A stretch of 63,518 nucleotides of DNA, filler included, from Octopus bimaculoides (taxonomy: Eukaryota), in assembly GCF_001194135.2 (NCBI RefSeq). It is 6 parts of 6 records of this genome, joined end to end, with 100 filler letters (N's around TTAATTAATTAA, not from the genome) between each part and the next. Parts side by side here need not be neighbours in the genome. Positions count along the whole stretch, not along the records: positions 38,641 to 54,707 come from NC_068991.1; positions 54,808 to 59,049 come from NC_068999.1; positions 59,150 to 63,518 come from NC_069003.1; 3 more parts are not named here. The stretch is one strand, 5' to 3'. Under the pieces are notes generated by a model. That model did no database searches and was not told the DNA's origin. It was given only the letters and a program-made list of their open reading frames with translations. A program made the position numbers and the translations under genes. Of this stretch, positions 50,353 through 63,518 are shown piece by piece (the first letter of the stretch is position 1; each line of letters starts with the position of its first letter).

Positions 50353-50745
50353 TATCATCAAAATCATCATCATCATGACCGTCGCCGCTGCCGCCGCCAT
50401 CACCGCTACCACCACACCACCACCACCGCCGCCGCCGCCGCCGCTATTATCCTTATTTTGACTAGTGAGGCTGGATTTTAAAAATATTTCTAATATCAAA
50501 ATGGATTCTTTCTATAAGATGATCATGACTCCGTTGCCGCCACCAACAAAGTTGTTGTTGTTGGTGATAATGGTGATGATGATGATGATGAGGAGGAGGT
50601 GGATGATAATGAGGACGAGGAAGGCGAGGAGATGACGATGATGATGATGATGATGATGATGATGATAGCGACGATGATGGTGGTAATTATTTTGCTGGTG
50701 AGGACAACCATGATTACAAGAATGATGATAATTGTAATAATGATA
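50150..50745. repeat. (CAT/CAC)n and (GAT)n trinucleotide fields
   Basis: Directly visible. Confidence 0.9.
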
Positions 50746-50979
50746 ATAATAGTTTCGGATTTTGGCACAAGGCCAGTAATTTCAGTGGTGATGAGCGTGG
50801 GGAAGGGCTAACCGATTACATCGACCCCAGTGCACAATTAATACTTATTTTATCAACCACAAAAGAAAGAAAGGCAAAAATCAACCTCGGCGGAATTTGA
50901 ACCCAGAACGTTAAGACGGACGAAATGCCGCTAAGCATTTTGTCCGGCGAGCTAACGATTCTGCTATTTCACCTCCTTG

Positions 50980-51013
<34 letters not shown>

Positions 51014-51540
51014 AATAGATTTCAAATTTTGGCACAAGGTTAGCAGTTTCGGGTCATTTGAACTCAGAGCGTAATGTCGGAAGAAATGCTGTGAAGCCTT
51101 TTCCGACGCGCTAACGATTCTGCCAGCTTACCACCCTAAGTATAAAGACGGACGAGATGTTAATAAGCGTTTTGTCCGGCGTGATAACGATTCTCCAAGT
51201 TCACTGCCTTGATAATAATGATACAGTCTTAAATTTTGGCACTAGGCCAGCGTATTTTTTCTTTTTACATGGGAGTGGTTAGTCGATTTCATTGACCCCA
51301 GACACCAATTGGTGTTTATATTATAACGTCGACATTCAAGCGAGGAAACGTAAAGACAGTTTAGCCATATTTGATTCAGGATGTAAAGCCGGAAGAAATG
51401 CTGCTAATCATAAGGTTATCAACATCATCGACCTTAGTAACAGACTGCTCTTATTTCATCGACTGTGAAAGGATAACATTTAGGAAAGTCGACCCGTTCT
51501 TTTGATCTGAAGCCAGAATATCAAAAGATGTAATTAAAAG
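50745..51540 (-). mobile_element. Cluster of about 4 SINE A copies and fragments with (AAT)n linkers
   Basis: Repeated TTTTGGCACAAGG..., CGGCGGAATTTGAAC..., CTAACGATTCTG motifs. Confidence 0.8.
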
Positions 51541-51659
51541 CTAGATGGAATCGTTTTCGGACGCTTTATTAAAGTGGTATAGCTCGAGTGTATACCACCT
51601 GGAGCAGCGTTTTAGTTTGCAGCGTCATCCCGGAGCCCCAAGACTGTCTTTTATAGTAT

Positions 51660-51879
51660 ATCATTTACTTGTCTTAGTCATTAGACTGCGGCCATTCTGG
51701 GGCACCACCTTAAAGAATTTTTCAGTCGACCCCAGTACTTATTTTACTTTTTCTATGTCTGATACTTATTCTTTCGGTCTTTTAAATCCAACCGCAGAGG
51801 TTACGGAGACGTGAACACACCAACAAGCGTTGGTCGGAGACAAACACAAGTACACACGCACACGCACACGCACACACGC

Positions 51880-51947
<68 letters not shown>

Positions 51948-52375
51948 NNNNNNNNNNTTTGCTACACAGCCACACCTGCGCCTATATACTCTTTTACTCT
52001 TTTACTTGTTTCAGTCATTTGACTGCGGCCATGCTGGAGCACCGCCTTTAGTCGATCAAATCGACCCCAGGACTTATTCTTTGTAAGCTTAGTACTTATT
52101 CTATCGGTCTCTTTTGCCGAACCGCTAAGTTAAGGGGACGTAAACACACCACCATCGGTTGTCAAGAGATGGTGGGGAGACAAACACAGACACACAGACA
52201 TATACGCACACATACATATATGTATGTATACATATATACGACGGACTTCCTTCAGTTTCCGTCTACCAAATCCACTGACAAGGCATTGGTCGACCCGAGG
52301 CTATAGCAGAAGACACTTATCCAAGGTGCCACGCAGTAGGAATGAACCCGGAATCATGTGGTCGGTAAGCAAGCT
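51660..52375 (-). mobile_element. Two nested or adjacent SINE B copies
   Basis: Tails at about 51660 and 51988; heads at about 51960 and 52375. Confidence 0.85.
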
Positions 52376-52565
52376 ACCTTATTTCATAAAACTTCGCCAT
52401 TGGAGGCGTTACAGAGAGGGGACAAACAAGGACAGACAAACATAGGACAGACAAACATAAATTTTTAAAAAAAGGTTTTTAAAAAAATTTCACAAGTTGC
52501 GAATAAATTAAAAATATGATTAAAAATTAATTTTAAAATTAATTTTAAAATATTACACAAGAAAT

Positions 52566-52592
52566 CATTGCGCTTCGCAATGAGGCAGCTAG
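52566..52592 (+). mobile_element. Helitron-like 3' terminus (hairpin + CTAG)
   Basis: Perfect 7-bp stem CATTGCG-CTT-CGCAATG, 6 nt spacer, then CTAG; the next base is A rather than the usual T. Confidence 0.45.
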
Positions 52593-53029
52593 AAGGAAGG
52601 CACCCGACCATCCTGGTAGAACCTTTGCTACTTACCACACAGCTACTCCTGTGCCTATATGTTTAACTATTACCTACTCGATGTTTGGAAGAAGCAGCTG
52701 TATTTGAAGAAGCTACAGAGTAATTACTACACAGTTGAGACCAACACATAACTAACCACTTCACTTCACAAAATACTCCTATTGCAATCATCAGAACGGG
52801 ATTATAGCAGCACCCTTTGGCATGGAATGTACCGATTTGACAAGCAAATCGGAAATGCAAACATTCAATCACAGACGTTTAAAAATAATAAAAATCAAAT
52901 CAAAGTAAGCTAAAACAAATACAACAAATATAAATAAATAAAACTTCAACAAAATTTAATAGAAATTTTTTAATCAAAAAAAGAAAAGAAAAGAGAAGAA
53001 AATCAAGGTTGTTTAAGTCATTTACTCAC

Positions 53030-53130
53030 CTGACAGCATTAAAGAAATCTTTCAAGTGTTTTGTTTCAAGTACATCGTACATGTTTGTGCACATGTTTTG
53101 CGACGCGAAGTGTTTGTATATTACCTTAAC
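53030..53130 (-). CDS. Candidate internal coding exon, product unknown
   Basis: Consensus donor CAG|GTGAGT at 53030/53029, acceptor cactttaag|, open frame VKVIYKHFASQNMCTNMYDVLETKHLKDFFNAV; no homology recognised. Confidence 0.3.
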
Positions 53131-53272
53131 CTTAAAGTGATTAATTCTTCACCTTGATGTGAGAAAGACCCTTCATTCGAGCTCGCTAGTTGAGTCACAC
53201 TATGCATATATACATGTGCATGGAATTCTATATGTTATACACACATGCACACACACATTTATACACACATAC

Positions 53273-53289
<17 letters not shown>

Positions 53290-53315
<26 letters not shown>

Positions 53316-53656
53316 TTCCAGTAAAGGCACAAAGCCTGAAATTTTGGGAGTGAGGGACTAGTCGATTGTATCGATCTCAGTGTTTCACTGGTACTTAATT
53401 TACTGGCCTCGAGAGGATGAAAGGCGAAGTCGGCCTCGGCGGAATTTGAACTTAGAACGTAGCGGTAGACGAAATTCCGCTAAGCATTTCGCCCGGCCAG
53501 CTAATGATTCAGCCAGCTCATCGCCTTAATAATAATAATGATGATGATAATAATAATAATGATAATAGTAATAATAATGATAATAATAATAATAATTATA
53601 GTAATAATAATAATAATAATAATAATGATAACAACAACAACAACAACAACAACAAC

Positions 53657-53701
<45 letters not shown>

Positions 53702-53998
53702 TTCCACTAAAGGCACAAGGCCTGAAATTTTGGGGGAGGGGGACTTGTGGATTGTACCGATCTCAGTGTTTCACTGGTACTTAATTTATCGACCCCGAGA
53801 GGATGAAAGGCGAAGTCGGCCTCGGCGGAATTTGAACTCAGAACGTAGCGGCAGACGAAATTCCGCGAAGCATTTCGCCCGGCCAGCTAACTCAGAACGT
53901 AAAGACAGACGTAATGCCGCTAAATATTTTCCCCGGCGTGCTAAAGATTCTGCCAGCTCGCCGCCTTAGCAACAACAACAACAACAACAACAACAACA

Positions 53999-54051
<53 letters not shown>

Positions 54052-54110
54052 TCTTTCTATTATACCTATTCTAGTGTTTCACTGGTACTTAATTGATCGA
54101 CCCCGAAAGC
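53290..54110 (-). mobile_element. Tandem SINE A copies with (AAT)n/(AAC)n linkers, probably a local duplication
   Basis: Copies at about 53295-53530 and 53700-53890 share private variants such as TCTCAGTGTTTCACTGG, GAAGTCGGCCTCGGC and GGCCAGCTAA. Confidence 0.85.
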
Positions 54111-54398
54111 GGTCGAGTGTCTTCTTGACACCCAGGGCAGGGAAACGAACTATATACATTGGTAGGCCATTAAAATAAACACACTAGATTGTTCATCTAC
54201 AAAGTCATGTGACAGAGAAAAAGGGGAAAAAAGACAGAGAGAAAAAGGAAAAAATAAAAAAATGAAAAAAGTAAACAAAGAAAATAAAGGGGAAAAAATA
54301 AAGAAAATTCACAGCGACAATGGACTTCTCTATACGTATGACGTAGCAGTTCAGACAATCTTTTGCATTTCCTGCATGAATGATAAGAACAGGGATCA

Positions 54399-54424
54399 TC
54401 TATATATATAAAAATGAGAATGTG

Positions 54425-54467
<43 letters not shown>

Positions 54468-54707
54468 GTGAATCCCTAAAACTCGAGAACTACGCAACCG
54501 ATTTCATTCAAATTTTACACATGCCTTACTTAGGGTTCCAGTTGTGTTTTAGTCAAAAAATTATTAACTTCTTGCAGAGTTCGAGCACACGGCAACATAA
54601 TATCTCCTCCACTATTTAAGTATTACGTGTCAAAAGTGAAACAAAAACACTCATGTCAAATACTTTCACTTTAAAAATGAAACTAGTCCACTAACTGAAA
54701 CAATCAC
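54399..54707 (+). mobile_element. Non-autonomous Helitron 5' end
   Basis: A|TCTATATATATAAAAATG start, (GTCT)n, CCGATTTCATTCAAATTTTACAC; typical Helitron-N layout; truncated by a gap. Confidence 0.65.
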
Positions 54708-54952
54708 NNNNNNNNNNNNNNNNNNNNNNNNNNNNNNNNNNNNNNNNNNNNTTAATTAATTAANNNNNNNNNNNNNNNNNNNNNNNNNNNNNNNNNNNNN
54801 NNNNNNNAATTAACACCAAATATACAGTGCGTGTGTTTTTATTGGCTAAACTGGCAATATGACCATCCCCAAGTACAACAACATCTGTTTCAACACACGA
54901 TTTCACATAAAAAATCTTGCAAAACAAATATATATATATATATATATATATT

Positions 54953-55320
54953 CTTTCATTTGTTTCAGTCATTTGACTGCGGCCATGCTGGAGCACCGCC
55001 TTTAGTTCAACAAATCGACCGCAGGACTTATTCTTTGTAAGCCTAGTACTTATTCTATGGGTCTTTTTTTTGCCGAACCGTTAAAGTGTTTGAGTATTCC
55101 ACAGACATGCATACCCTTAACGTAGTTCTTAGGAAGATTCAGAATAACACAGAGTGTGACAAGGCGCCCCCTTTGAATTACAGGTGCAACTCATTTTTTA
55201 CAGCTGGGTGGACTGGAGCAATATGAAATAAAGTGTCTTGCTCAAGGATACAACGCGTTGCCGGGAATTGAACTCATGACCTCACGATCGTGAGCCAAAT
55301 GCCCTAAATACTAAGCCAAG
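54953..55320 (-). mobile_element. SINE B tail fragment (54953-55080) fused to SINE C (55081-55320)
   Basis: Homology to the other copies. Confidence 0.8.
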
Positions 55321-55331
55321 TGTCTCCACAA

Positions 55332-55371
<40 letters not shown>

Positions 55372-56014
55372 NNNNNNNNNNNNNNNNNNNNNNNNNNNNN
55401 NNNNNNNNNNNNNNNNNNNNNNNNNNNNNNNNNNNNNNNNNNNNNNNNNNNNNNNNNNNNNNNNNNNNNNNNNNNNNNNNNNNNNNNNNNNNNNNNNNNN
55501 NNNNNNNNNNNNNNNNNNNNNNNNNNNNNNNNNNNNNNNNNNNNNNNNNNNNNNNNNNNNNNNNNNNNNNNNNNNNNNNNNNNNNNNNNNNNNNNNNNNN
55601 NNNNNNNNNNNNNNNNNNNNNNNNNNNNNNNNNNNNNNNNNNNNNNNNNNNNNNNNNNNNNNNNNNNNNNNNNNNNNNNNNNNNNNNNNNNNNNNNNNNN
55701 NNNNNNNNNNNNNNNNNNNNNNNNNNNNNNNNNNNNNNNNNNNNNNNNNNNNNNNNNNNNNNNNNNNNNNNNNNNNNNNNNNNNNNNNNNNNNNNNNNNN
55801 NNNNNNNNNNNNNNNNNNNNNNNNNNNNNNNNNNNNNNNNNNNNNNNNNNNNNNNNNNNNNNNNNNNNNNNNNNNNNNNNNNNNNNNNNNNNNNNNNNNN
55901 NNNNNNNNNNNNNNNNNNNNNNNNNNNNNNNNNNNNNNNNNNNNNNNNNNNNNNNNGAGACAAAAAAAAACCCACCAAACGACGAGATTATATTTGTTTT
56001 TCTTTGCTTCTTAG

Positions 56015-56084
56015 CTTTGTATTCAAGAGAGATAACCGAGTGCCTAAGGATAACCTGTTCGTGGATCAGGAGTTCCAATGCACA
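56015..56084 (+). CDS. Candidate small exon, product unknown
   Basis: Strong polypyrimidine acceptor tttttctttgcttcttag|, donor ACA|GTATGT; two frames open (FVFKRDNRVPKDNLFVDQEFQCT or LYSREITECLRITCSWIRSSNA). Confidence 0.2.
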
Positions 56085-56411
56085 GTATGTGCATGTGTGA
56101 GTTTGTATGTATGTATGTATGTATGTATGTATTTATGTATGTATGTATTTATGTATGTATGTATGTATGTAATTATGTATGTATGTATGTATGTATGTTT
56201 GTATGTATGTATGTGTGGATCTGTATTGTGTGTCCGTGAGTGTGTGTGTAGATACGTATTGTGTCTGTGAGTATGTAAGTGTAGGCATGAATGTGTGTGC
56301 CTACTTTATGTACGAGAGAACTCCCTGAAGGAGAAGGAAACCATTGAAACGGCAAACCGTGACCGAACTTACACTAACACACAGAAATAAATAACAGGTA
56401 TAATCTGTCTC

Positions 56412-56484
<73 letters not shown>

Positions 56485-56646
56485 TATATATATACATACA
56501 AAGACACGCACACCTACACGCATACACGCATACACACATATATATATACACACACGTATAAATGCACATACAAACAAAGACGCGCGCGTGCACACACATA
56601 CATATATATAGAAATACATAGAAAAACACACACACACATGCACACA

Positions 56647-56680
<34 letters not shown>

Positions 56681-56892
56681 TAATCCAAATGTTACAAATA
56701 CCGAGATAAAGCTATGAAGTTTGTGGCTGTGAACAGACCTGGAACAGACGCGAGTGAATCATTGATGAGGCCGTTTAATGGAGTTTAAAGGACTCAGATA
56801 AACCGACTGATCGATTAGATCAATCGTTTAGTCAAGCAATCGATTAATTAAGTGGTGAAGTAGTTAACTAATTGATTAATACTAATCATTGT

Positions 56893-57417
<525 letters not shown>

Positions 57418-57861
57418 TAATAATAATAATAACAGAAACTGAATTCTTTGAGCTTTTCCTCGTCCTTGATTCTGATGGATAATGTTGCGAAGAAGGCTTT
57501 ATAAAAGTCTTGCTTAATGCTACGACACGTCTTGGATAAAAGAGACGATTTTAAGGCTGAAGAGAAACAAAAAAATGCAGAAGAAAAATCCTGTTTTGGT
57601 TGACTAATGACGAAAGCATCATTTCACATTACTATTGAATTAAGGGGACACATTTTCCTCCGATCTTGTGAGAATATGTTCCCCTTTAACTAAGGGGGAG
57701 ATATTTTCTGAGGGATTTTTGCCAAACAAAAACAACAGCAAAAAAAAAAAAAGTGGGGTTTGGAGAACGCCTGTAGAACAAGGAAAATCAATCTCTTGAG
57801 AATATTGGTCTGAAGATTTTTTTTTTTTTTCAAGACACGAACAAACAGGAAATCTCCTTTC

Positions 57862-58027
57862 TATATAGTTGCAAGGGCGGTTGTGTGGTAAGAAGTCTGC
57901 CTTCCCTCACCCCCACAGGCTTCCAGGTTCAATCCTACCGCATGGTACCTTGGATAAGCACCCTCTACTGTAACCCCGACTTCTGAGTGAATATGGTAGA
58001 GGGAAATTGAAAGACGCCATACATACA

Positions 58028-58078
<51 letters not shown>

Positions 58079-58410
58079 GCATATATGTATACACACACAC
58101 ACACACACATAAAAGGTAAAGACCCCGTTCGATCATGAATGACTATGGGAGTGCACCTAAAAAGTTTCCCTCCGAGAGCAAGTCCGGACAAGGTTGTTTA
58201 TAGAAGACCAGCAGTCGCCCATGTATCCAAGCCTACCCTCCCCACGGCACCGATATTATGAAAGGGAAAGGCAAAGGGGCCGATACAGCTTGGTACCAGT
58301 GATGTTGAAACTCATTTCTATAGCTGAGTGAACTGGAGCAACGAAATATAAAATGTCTTTCGCAATAACTCAACAGAGCCCGGTCTGCGAATCGAACTCA
58401 CTACCTCATG
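57862..58410. mobile_element. Degenerate SINE B head (+, 57862-58020) and a C-related SINE (-, about 58110-58410)
   Basis: GTTGTGTGGTAAGAAG...GGTTCAATCC; AGCTGAGTGAACTGGAGCAAC...GAATCGAACTCAC. Confidence 0.65.
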
Positions 58411-59013
58411 ATTATGCACCATAAATATATATATATATATTTAATACTTGATTCTATGTTCAGTTATAATAAAAACAATTTTACATTATTCTGATGAGTG
58501 CTCAATACATTTAGTAGAGTACAAATTTATTATGCTTTAACAAGGATAGTATTGACAATGACCTCAATGTTTCGGCTAGTTAAGCCATTGTCGGACAGTG
58601 AAGCATTTCAGTTAATCTTGGCTTCATAAAGTCCCTGTTGCAATAAAAAATTTTCCCGCGGGTCGATGGAGTTCAGTAGAATGGTAATTAGATTTGTATG
58701 GTAGGTTGTAATAGCGAGGTGTTATGGAGACAATTTTTATTGATTAAATTTGGCGTTATGAATTCATTCATGCGAGTAGACATTTGTAAACAAGTGTGTC
58801 TATTCAGGTATATCAGCTTCAGGTCATGGCATTGTTTTTTAGTAGTTCATAAAAGAATGTGCGTATATATAATATATATATATATATACATGTGTGTGTA
58901 CATATATATATATAGATAGATAGATAGATAGATAGATGGATAGATAGATAGATAGATGGCTAGGTAGATAGATATAGATGTATACATATATTTATATACG
59001 TATGTATGTCCCT

Positions 59014-59049
<36 letters not shown>

Positions 59050-59644
59050 NNNNNNNNNNNNNNNNNNNNNNNNNNNNNNNNNNNNNNNNNNNNTTAATTA
59101 ATTAANNNNNNNNNNNNNNNNNNNNNNNNNNNNNNNNNNNNNNNNNNNNGTTACCTTGAAGTTTCTTTAAATTAGAGACATATTACAACTACGATAAATT
59201 ACTGAAAGAAATATTTATAAGCAAGTGAGATTTTTTAGAAATTGAAGTTCTCAGGAATATTTACTTTTTGAACATACATTTATTATTGAATATTTCAAGA
59301 TCACAAATTTAAATATTCGGTACGAAACACTTTGTCATTCTTTCGCTTGAACCCGCACACATCGTTAATTTCTGTAAAAATGTTTTACATATTTACTTTT
59401 GGCGTGCCGTGTTCACCTCTATGTATTTATAGTCACTCATACATGAACACGTGTGTCTTTATATGTACGTTTGTATACATTTATGTATGTATGTGTGTGT
59501 GTTTGTGCGTGTGTGTTTGTGCGTGTGTGTGTGTGTGAGACAGAGAGCGTGAGAGAGAGAGAGTTAGTGAAGGTGTGTGTTGTCATGTATACGTGCATAC
59601 ATAAATACATATGCATACATCCTTTTTTGAATGTATATGTGCGT

Positions 59645-59965
59645 GGTGGAGGTGCAATGGCCCAGTGGTTAGGGCAGTGGACTCGAGGTTTCTGATTCCC
59701 AGACCGGGCGTTGTGAGTGTTTATTGAGCGAAAACACCTAAAGTTCCACGAGGCTCCGGCAGAGGATGTTGGCGAACCCTGCTGTACTCTTTCAACCACA
59801 ACTTTCTCTCGCTCTTTCTTCCTATTTCTGTTGTACCTGTATTTCAAAGGACCAGCCTTGTCACACTGTGTGTCACGCTGAATCTCCCCGAGAGCTACGT
59901 TAAGGGTACACGTGTCTGTGGAGTGCTCAGCCACTTGTACGTTAATTTCACGAGCAAGCTGTTCC
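59645..59965 (+). mobile_element. tRNA-derived SINE family C
   Basis: TGGCCCAGTGGTTAGGGCAG head; body CAGCCTTGTCACACTGTGTGTCACGCTGAATCTCC... Confidence 0.85.
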
Positions 59966-60688
59966 NNNNNNNNNNNNNNNNNNNNNNNNNNNNNNNNNNN
60001 NNNNNNNNNNNNNNNNNNNNNNNNNNNNNNNNNNNNNNNNNNNNNNNNNNNNNNNNNNNNNNNNNNNNNNNNNNNNNNNNNNNNNNNNNNNNNNNNNNNN
60101 NNNNNNNNNNNNNNNNNNNNNNNNNNNNNNNNNNNNNNNNNNNNNNNNNNNNNNNNNNNNNNNNNNNNNNNNNNNNNNNNNNNNNNNNNNNNNNNNNNNN
60201 NNNNNNNNNNNNNNNNNNNNNNNNNNNNNNNNNNNNNNNNNNNNNNNNNNNNNNNNNNNNNNNNNNNNNNNNNNNNNNNNNNNNNNNNNNNNNNNNNNNN
60301 NNNNNNNNNNNNNNNNNNNNNNNNNNNNNNNNNNNNNNNNNNNNNNNNNNNNNNNNNNNNNNNNNNNNNNNNNNNNNNNNNNNNNNNNNNNNNNNNNNNN
60401 NNNNNNNNNNNNNNNNNNNNNNNNNNNNNNNNNNNNNNNNNNNNNNNNNNNNNNNNNNNNNNNNNNNNNNNNNNNNNNNNNNNNNNNNNNNNNNNNNNNN
60501 NNNNNNNNNNNNNNNNNNNNNNNNNNNNNNNNNNNNNNNNNNNNNNNNNNNNNNNNNNNNNNNNNNNNNNNNNNNNNNNNNNNNNNNNNNNNNNNNNNNN
60601 NNNNNNNNNNNNNNNNNNNNNNNNNNNNNNNNNNNNNNNNNNNNNNNNNNNNNNNNNNNNNNNNNNNNNNNNNNNNNNNNNNNNNNNN

Positions 60689-60745
<57 letters not shown>

Positions 60746-60957
60746 TCTCTCTAATATAAACACACACACACCGTCTCTGTGATATAAACGCACACACTCC
60801 AGGTTTGACTATCAGAAAACTGGACATCATGTTCTATGAACATGCATGTATCGCTTAAGGCCTGCTGGTACCTTACAAAACTTTTGGCAAATGGCAGAGT
60901 GTTGAAGACTCAGTCTGCTCGACACCTTGTGGATTATTTATTATGTGTTTTCTTAAG

Positions 60958-61005
60958 TGGAAGGCACGATCTGCTTTGCTCCGTACCACAAAACCACAAT
61001 GACAG
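60958..61005 (+). CDS. Candidate 48-nt exon
   Basis: Acceptor gtgttttcttaag|, donor CAG|GTAATG; phase-1 frame EGTICFAPYHKTTMT is open; could be chance. Confidence 0.2.
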
Positions 61006-61574
61006 GTAATGTTTTCATTAAGAGAAACATCGTTTTGCCAGCGTACATTCATGCTTACAGGATGCTCGCCCGGATATAGGAGCCCCCCCACACACACACA
61101 TACACACATGTGTATGCATATATATATAAAGGCATGAGGCATGAGAAGTTAATATATTTATTTAATCATTTGCCATCTTTAGGATTACTGCCGTTTCGCA
61201 GCCTTCATNNNNNNNNNNNNNNNNNNNNNNNNNNNNNNNNNNNNNNNNNNNNNNNNNNNNNNNNNNNNNNNNNNNNNNNNNNNNNNNNNNNNNNNNNNNN
61301 NNNNNNNNATATATATATATATATACATATGTATATATACATGCATATATACATAGGCACGTATTTATACATATACGTAATACCCATATAATTATATATA
61401 CACACACATTCATACATTCATACATTCGTCCAGCCATGCACACATACGTACATACATACATACATCATACTCACACACAGAATACACAAGAGCAGAAATA
61501 CACGCACATATATACGCATTTTACTCTAATTTCTGTCTTCCTCTCTCTCTCTCTCCCTCCCTCTCTCCTTCTCT

Positions 61575-61608
<34 letters not shown>

Positions 61609-61660
61609 CTCTTTAACTCACATTTTGTCCCCCCCTCCCTCTCCCTTCGCTGTCTTTTAG

Positions 61661-61737
61661 CCAAGGAGTCACACGCCGTAGCCATGACGAGAGTGCTCAG
61701 CCGTGTCAACAAGCCTTCATCATGGCTGTCGATATAG
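61661..61737 (+). CDS. Candidate terminal exon
   Basis: Long polypyrimidine tract plus ttttag|; phase-1 frame KESHAVAMTRVLSRVNKPSSWLSI* is compatible with 60958-61005. Confidence 0.2.
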
Positions 61738-62271
61738 TGTCTGTTGTCACCGCCGTCACCGCCAACAGCCACCGCCNNNNNNNNNNNNNNNNNNNNNNNN
61801 NNNNNNNNNNNNNNNNNNNNNNNNNNNNNNNNNNNNNNNNNNNNNNNNNNNNNNNNNNNNNNNNNNNNNNNNNNNNNNNNNNNNNNNNNNNNNNNNNNNN
61901 NNNNNNNNNNNNNNNNNNNNNNNNNNNNNNNNNNNNNNNNNNNNNNNNNNNNNNNNNNNNNNNNNNNNNNNNNNNNNNNNNNNNNNNNNNNNNNNNNNNN
62001 NNNNNNNNNNNNNNNNNNNNNNNNNNNNNNNNNNNNNNNNNNNNNNNNNNNNNNNNNNNNNNNNNNNNNNNNNNNNNNNNNNNNNNNNNNNNNNNNNNNN
62101 NNNNNNNNNNNNNNNNNNNNNNNNNNNNNNNNNNNNNNNNNNNNNNNNNNNNNNNNNNNNNNNNNNNNNNNNNNNNNNNNNNNNNNNNNNNNNNNNNNNN
62201 NNNNNNNNNNNNNNNNNNNNNNNNNNNNNNNNNNNNNNNNNNNNNNNNNNNNNNNNNNNNNTCATCATCAT

Positions 62272-62469
62272 CATCATCATCACCACCACCATCATCACCA
62301 CCACCATCATCATCATCATCACCACCACCATCATCACCACCACCATCATCATCATCATCATCATCACCACCACCATCATCACCACCACCATCATCATCAT
62401 CACCACCACCATCATCACCACCACCATTATCATCATCATCATCATCACCACCACCATCATCACCACCAC

Positions 62470-62500
<31 letters not shown>

Positions 62501-62552
62501 GNNNNNNNNNNATCATCATCATCATCATCACCACCACCATCATCACCACCAC

Positions 62553-62583
<31 letters not shown>

Positions 62584-62645
62584 GTCATCATTGTCTGCAA
62601 CATCATCATCATCATCGTCGTCGTCGTCGTCGTCGTCGTCATCAC
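62272..62645. repeat. (CAT)/(CAC) microsatellite with higher-order periodicity
   Basis: Recurrent (CAT)n(CAC)3(CAT)2(CAC)3 units. Confidence 0.9.
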
Positions 62646-62890
62646 CAATTTCTTCCATTCAACCTTTTCCTTCCCATTCTTTTGCTTCATTTATTCTTCG
62701 TCACCTTTATTAAGTATTTGTCACACACATTAACACACACACACACACACACGTATATTTGTGTGCATGCGCATTTATATATATACATATATATATGCAT
62801 ATATATACATATATATATATATATACATATTCAGATACATATATATCATACTTGCACAGAGAAACATAAGTACTTACATGTGTTTGCATG

Positions 62891-62964
<74 letters not shown>

Positions 62965-63518
62965 AGAGAAAGAGAGGGACAGTCTATGTGTGGCTGAGTA
63001 TATATAACACATACACAAAGAGGAATAAAAGCCTTTCTTCCTTCCTTCCACCTTTCCTTTTTTGCTTGCCTTTTTCTCATTAGGTTTCTTTATTAACTGT
63101 TCCTGCTCAACTCCTTCTCTCTCTCACTTTGTCCCCTCCCCCATACACACACACAAACACACACACATGTATGTATATGTGTATATACATTGGCACATAA
63201 AAGTAATAAGGATCGGCGGTCAGTTTTGACAATAAGTAATTTATTCCTGTGTTTCATTCAACCGAACTGCCAATTCCATTATTCCATTATAACATTATTC
63301 CATTATTCTGATAAAATATATTGTAAACGGCTGGAGTATTCCAGCGGAATACAGTAATACATAGCGTAATACTCATCCACACTTGGTATGACACAGCATG
63401 AGACAAAGATGTATGAGTGTGTGTATACAAACATACACACATACACATACGTGTGTGTATATGTATATATGTATTTATATATATGTATATATACATATAT
63501 ATATATATCTATATATAT

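Overview
This 63.5 kb window is AT-rich, gap-riddled, microsatellite-saturated animal DNA. It is most likely a coleoid cephalopod (Octopus-like), inferred from TTAGGG repeats, dense di/tri/tetranucleotide repeats and abundant tRNA-headed SINEs; this was not checked against a database. I find no complete protein-coding gene, rRNA, functional tRNA or CRISPR array. Nearly all ORFs in the supplied track come from microsatellites, SINEs or N-gaps, and only a few low-confidence candidate exons remain. The window is a transposon graveyard: more than 30 SINE copies from at least three families (my labels A, B, C/D), decayed non-LTR retrotransposons (R4/Dong, CRE, RTE, possibly HERO), Tc1, mariner, maT-like and Tigger-like transposase remnants, hAT-like and other MITEs, and Helitron ends. 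Five features stand out. (1) A ~280 bp composite at 32970-33248 joins a tRNA-derived Pol III head, an (AAT)n linker and a tail containing a minimal Penelope-type hammerhead ribozyme. (2) A 609 bp foldback MITE with an 8-bp TSD has a central (CCCTAA)n/(TTAGGG)n palindrome. (3) A 223 bp palindrome consists of two outward-facing tRNA-like heads. (4) A near full-length decayed CRE-clade retrotransposon ORF is present. (5) An interstitial telomeric array is fused to a SINE head at the SINE's own GGTTAGG motif. All alignments and translations were done by eye, so most TE boundaries are approximate.
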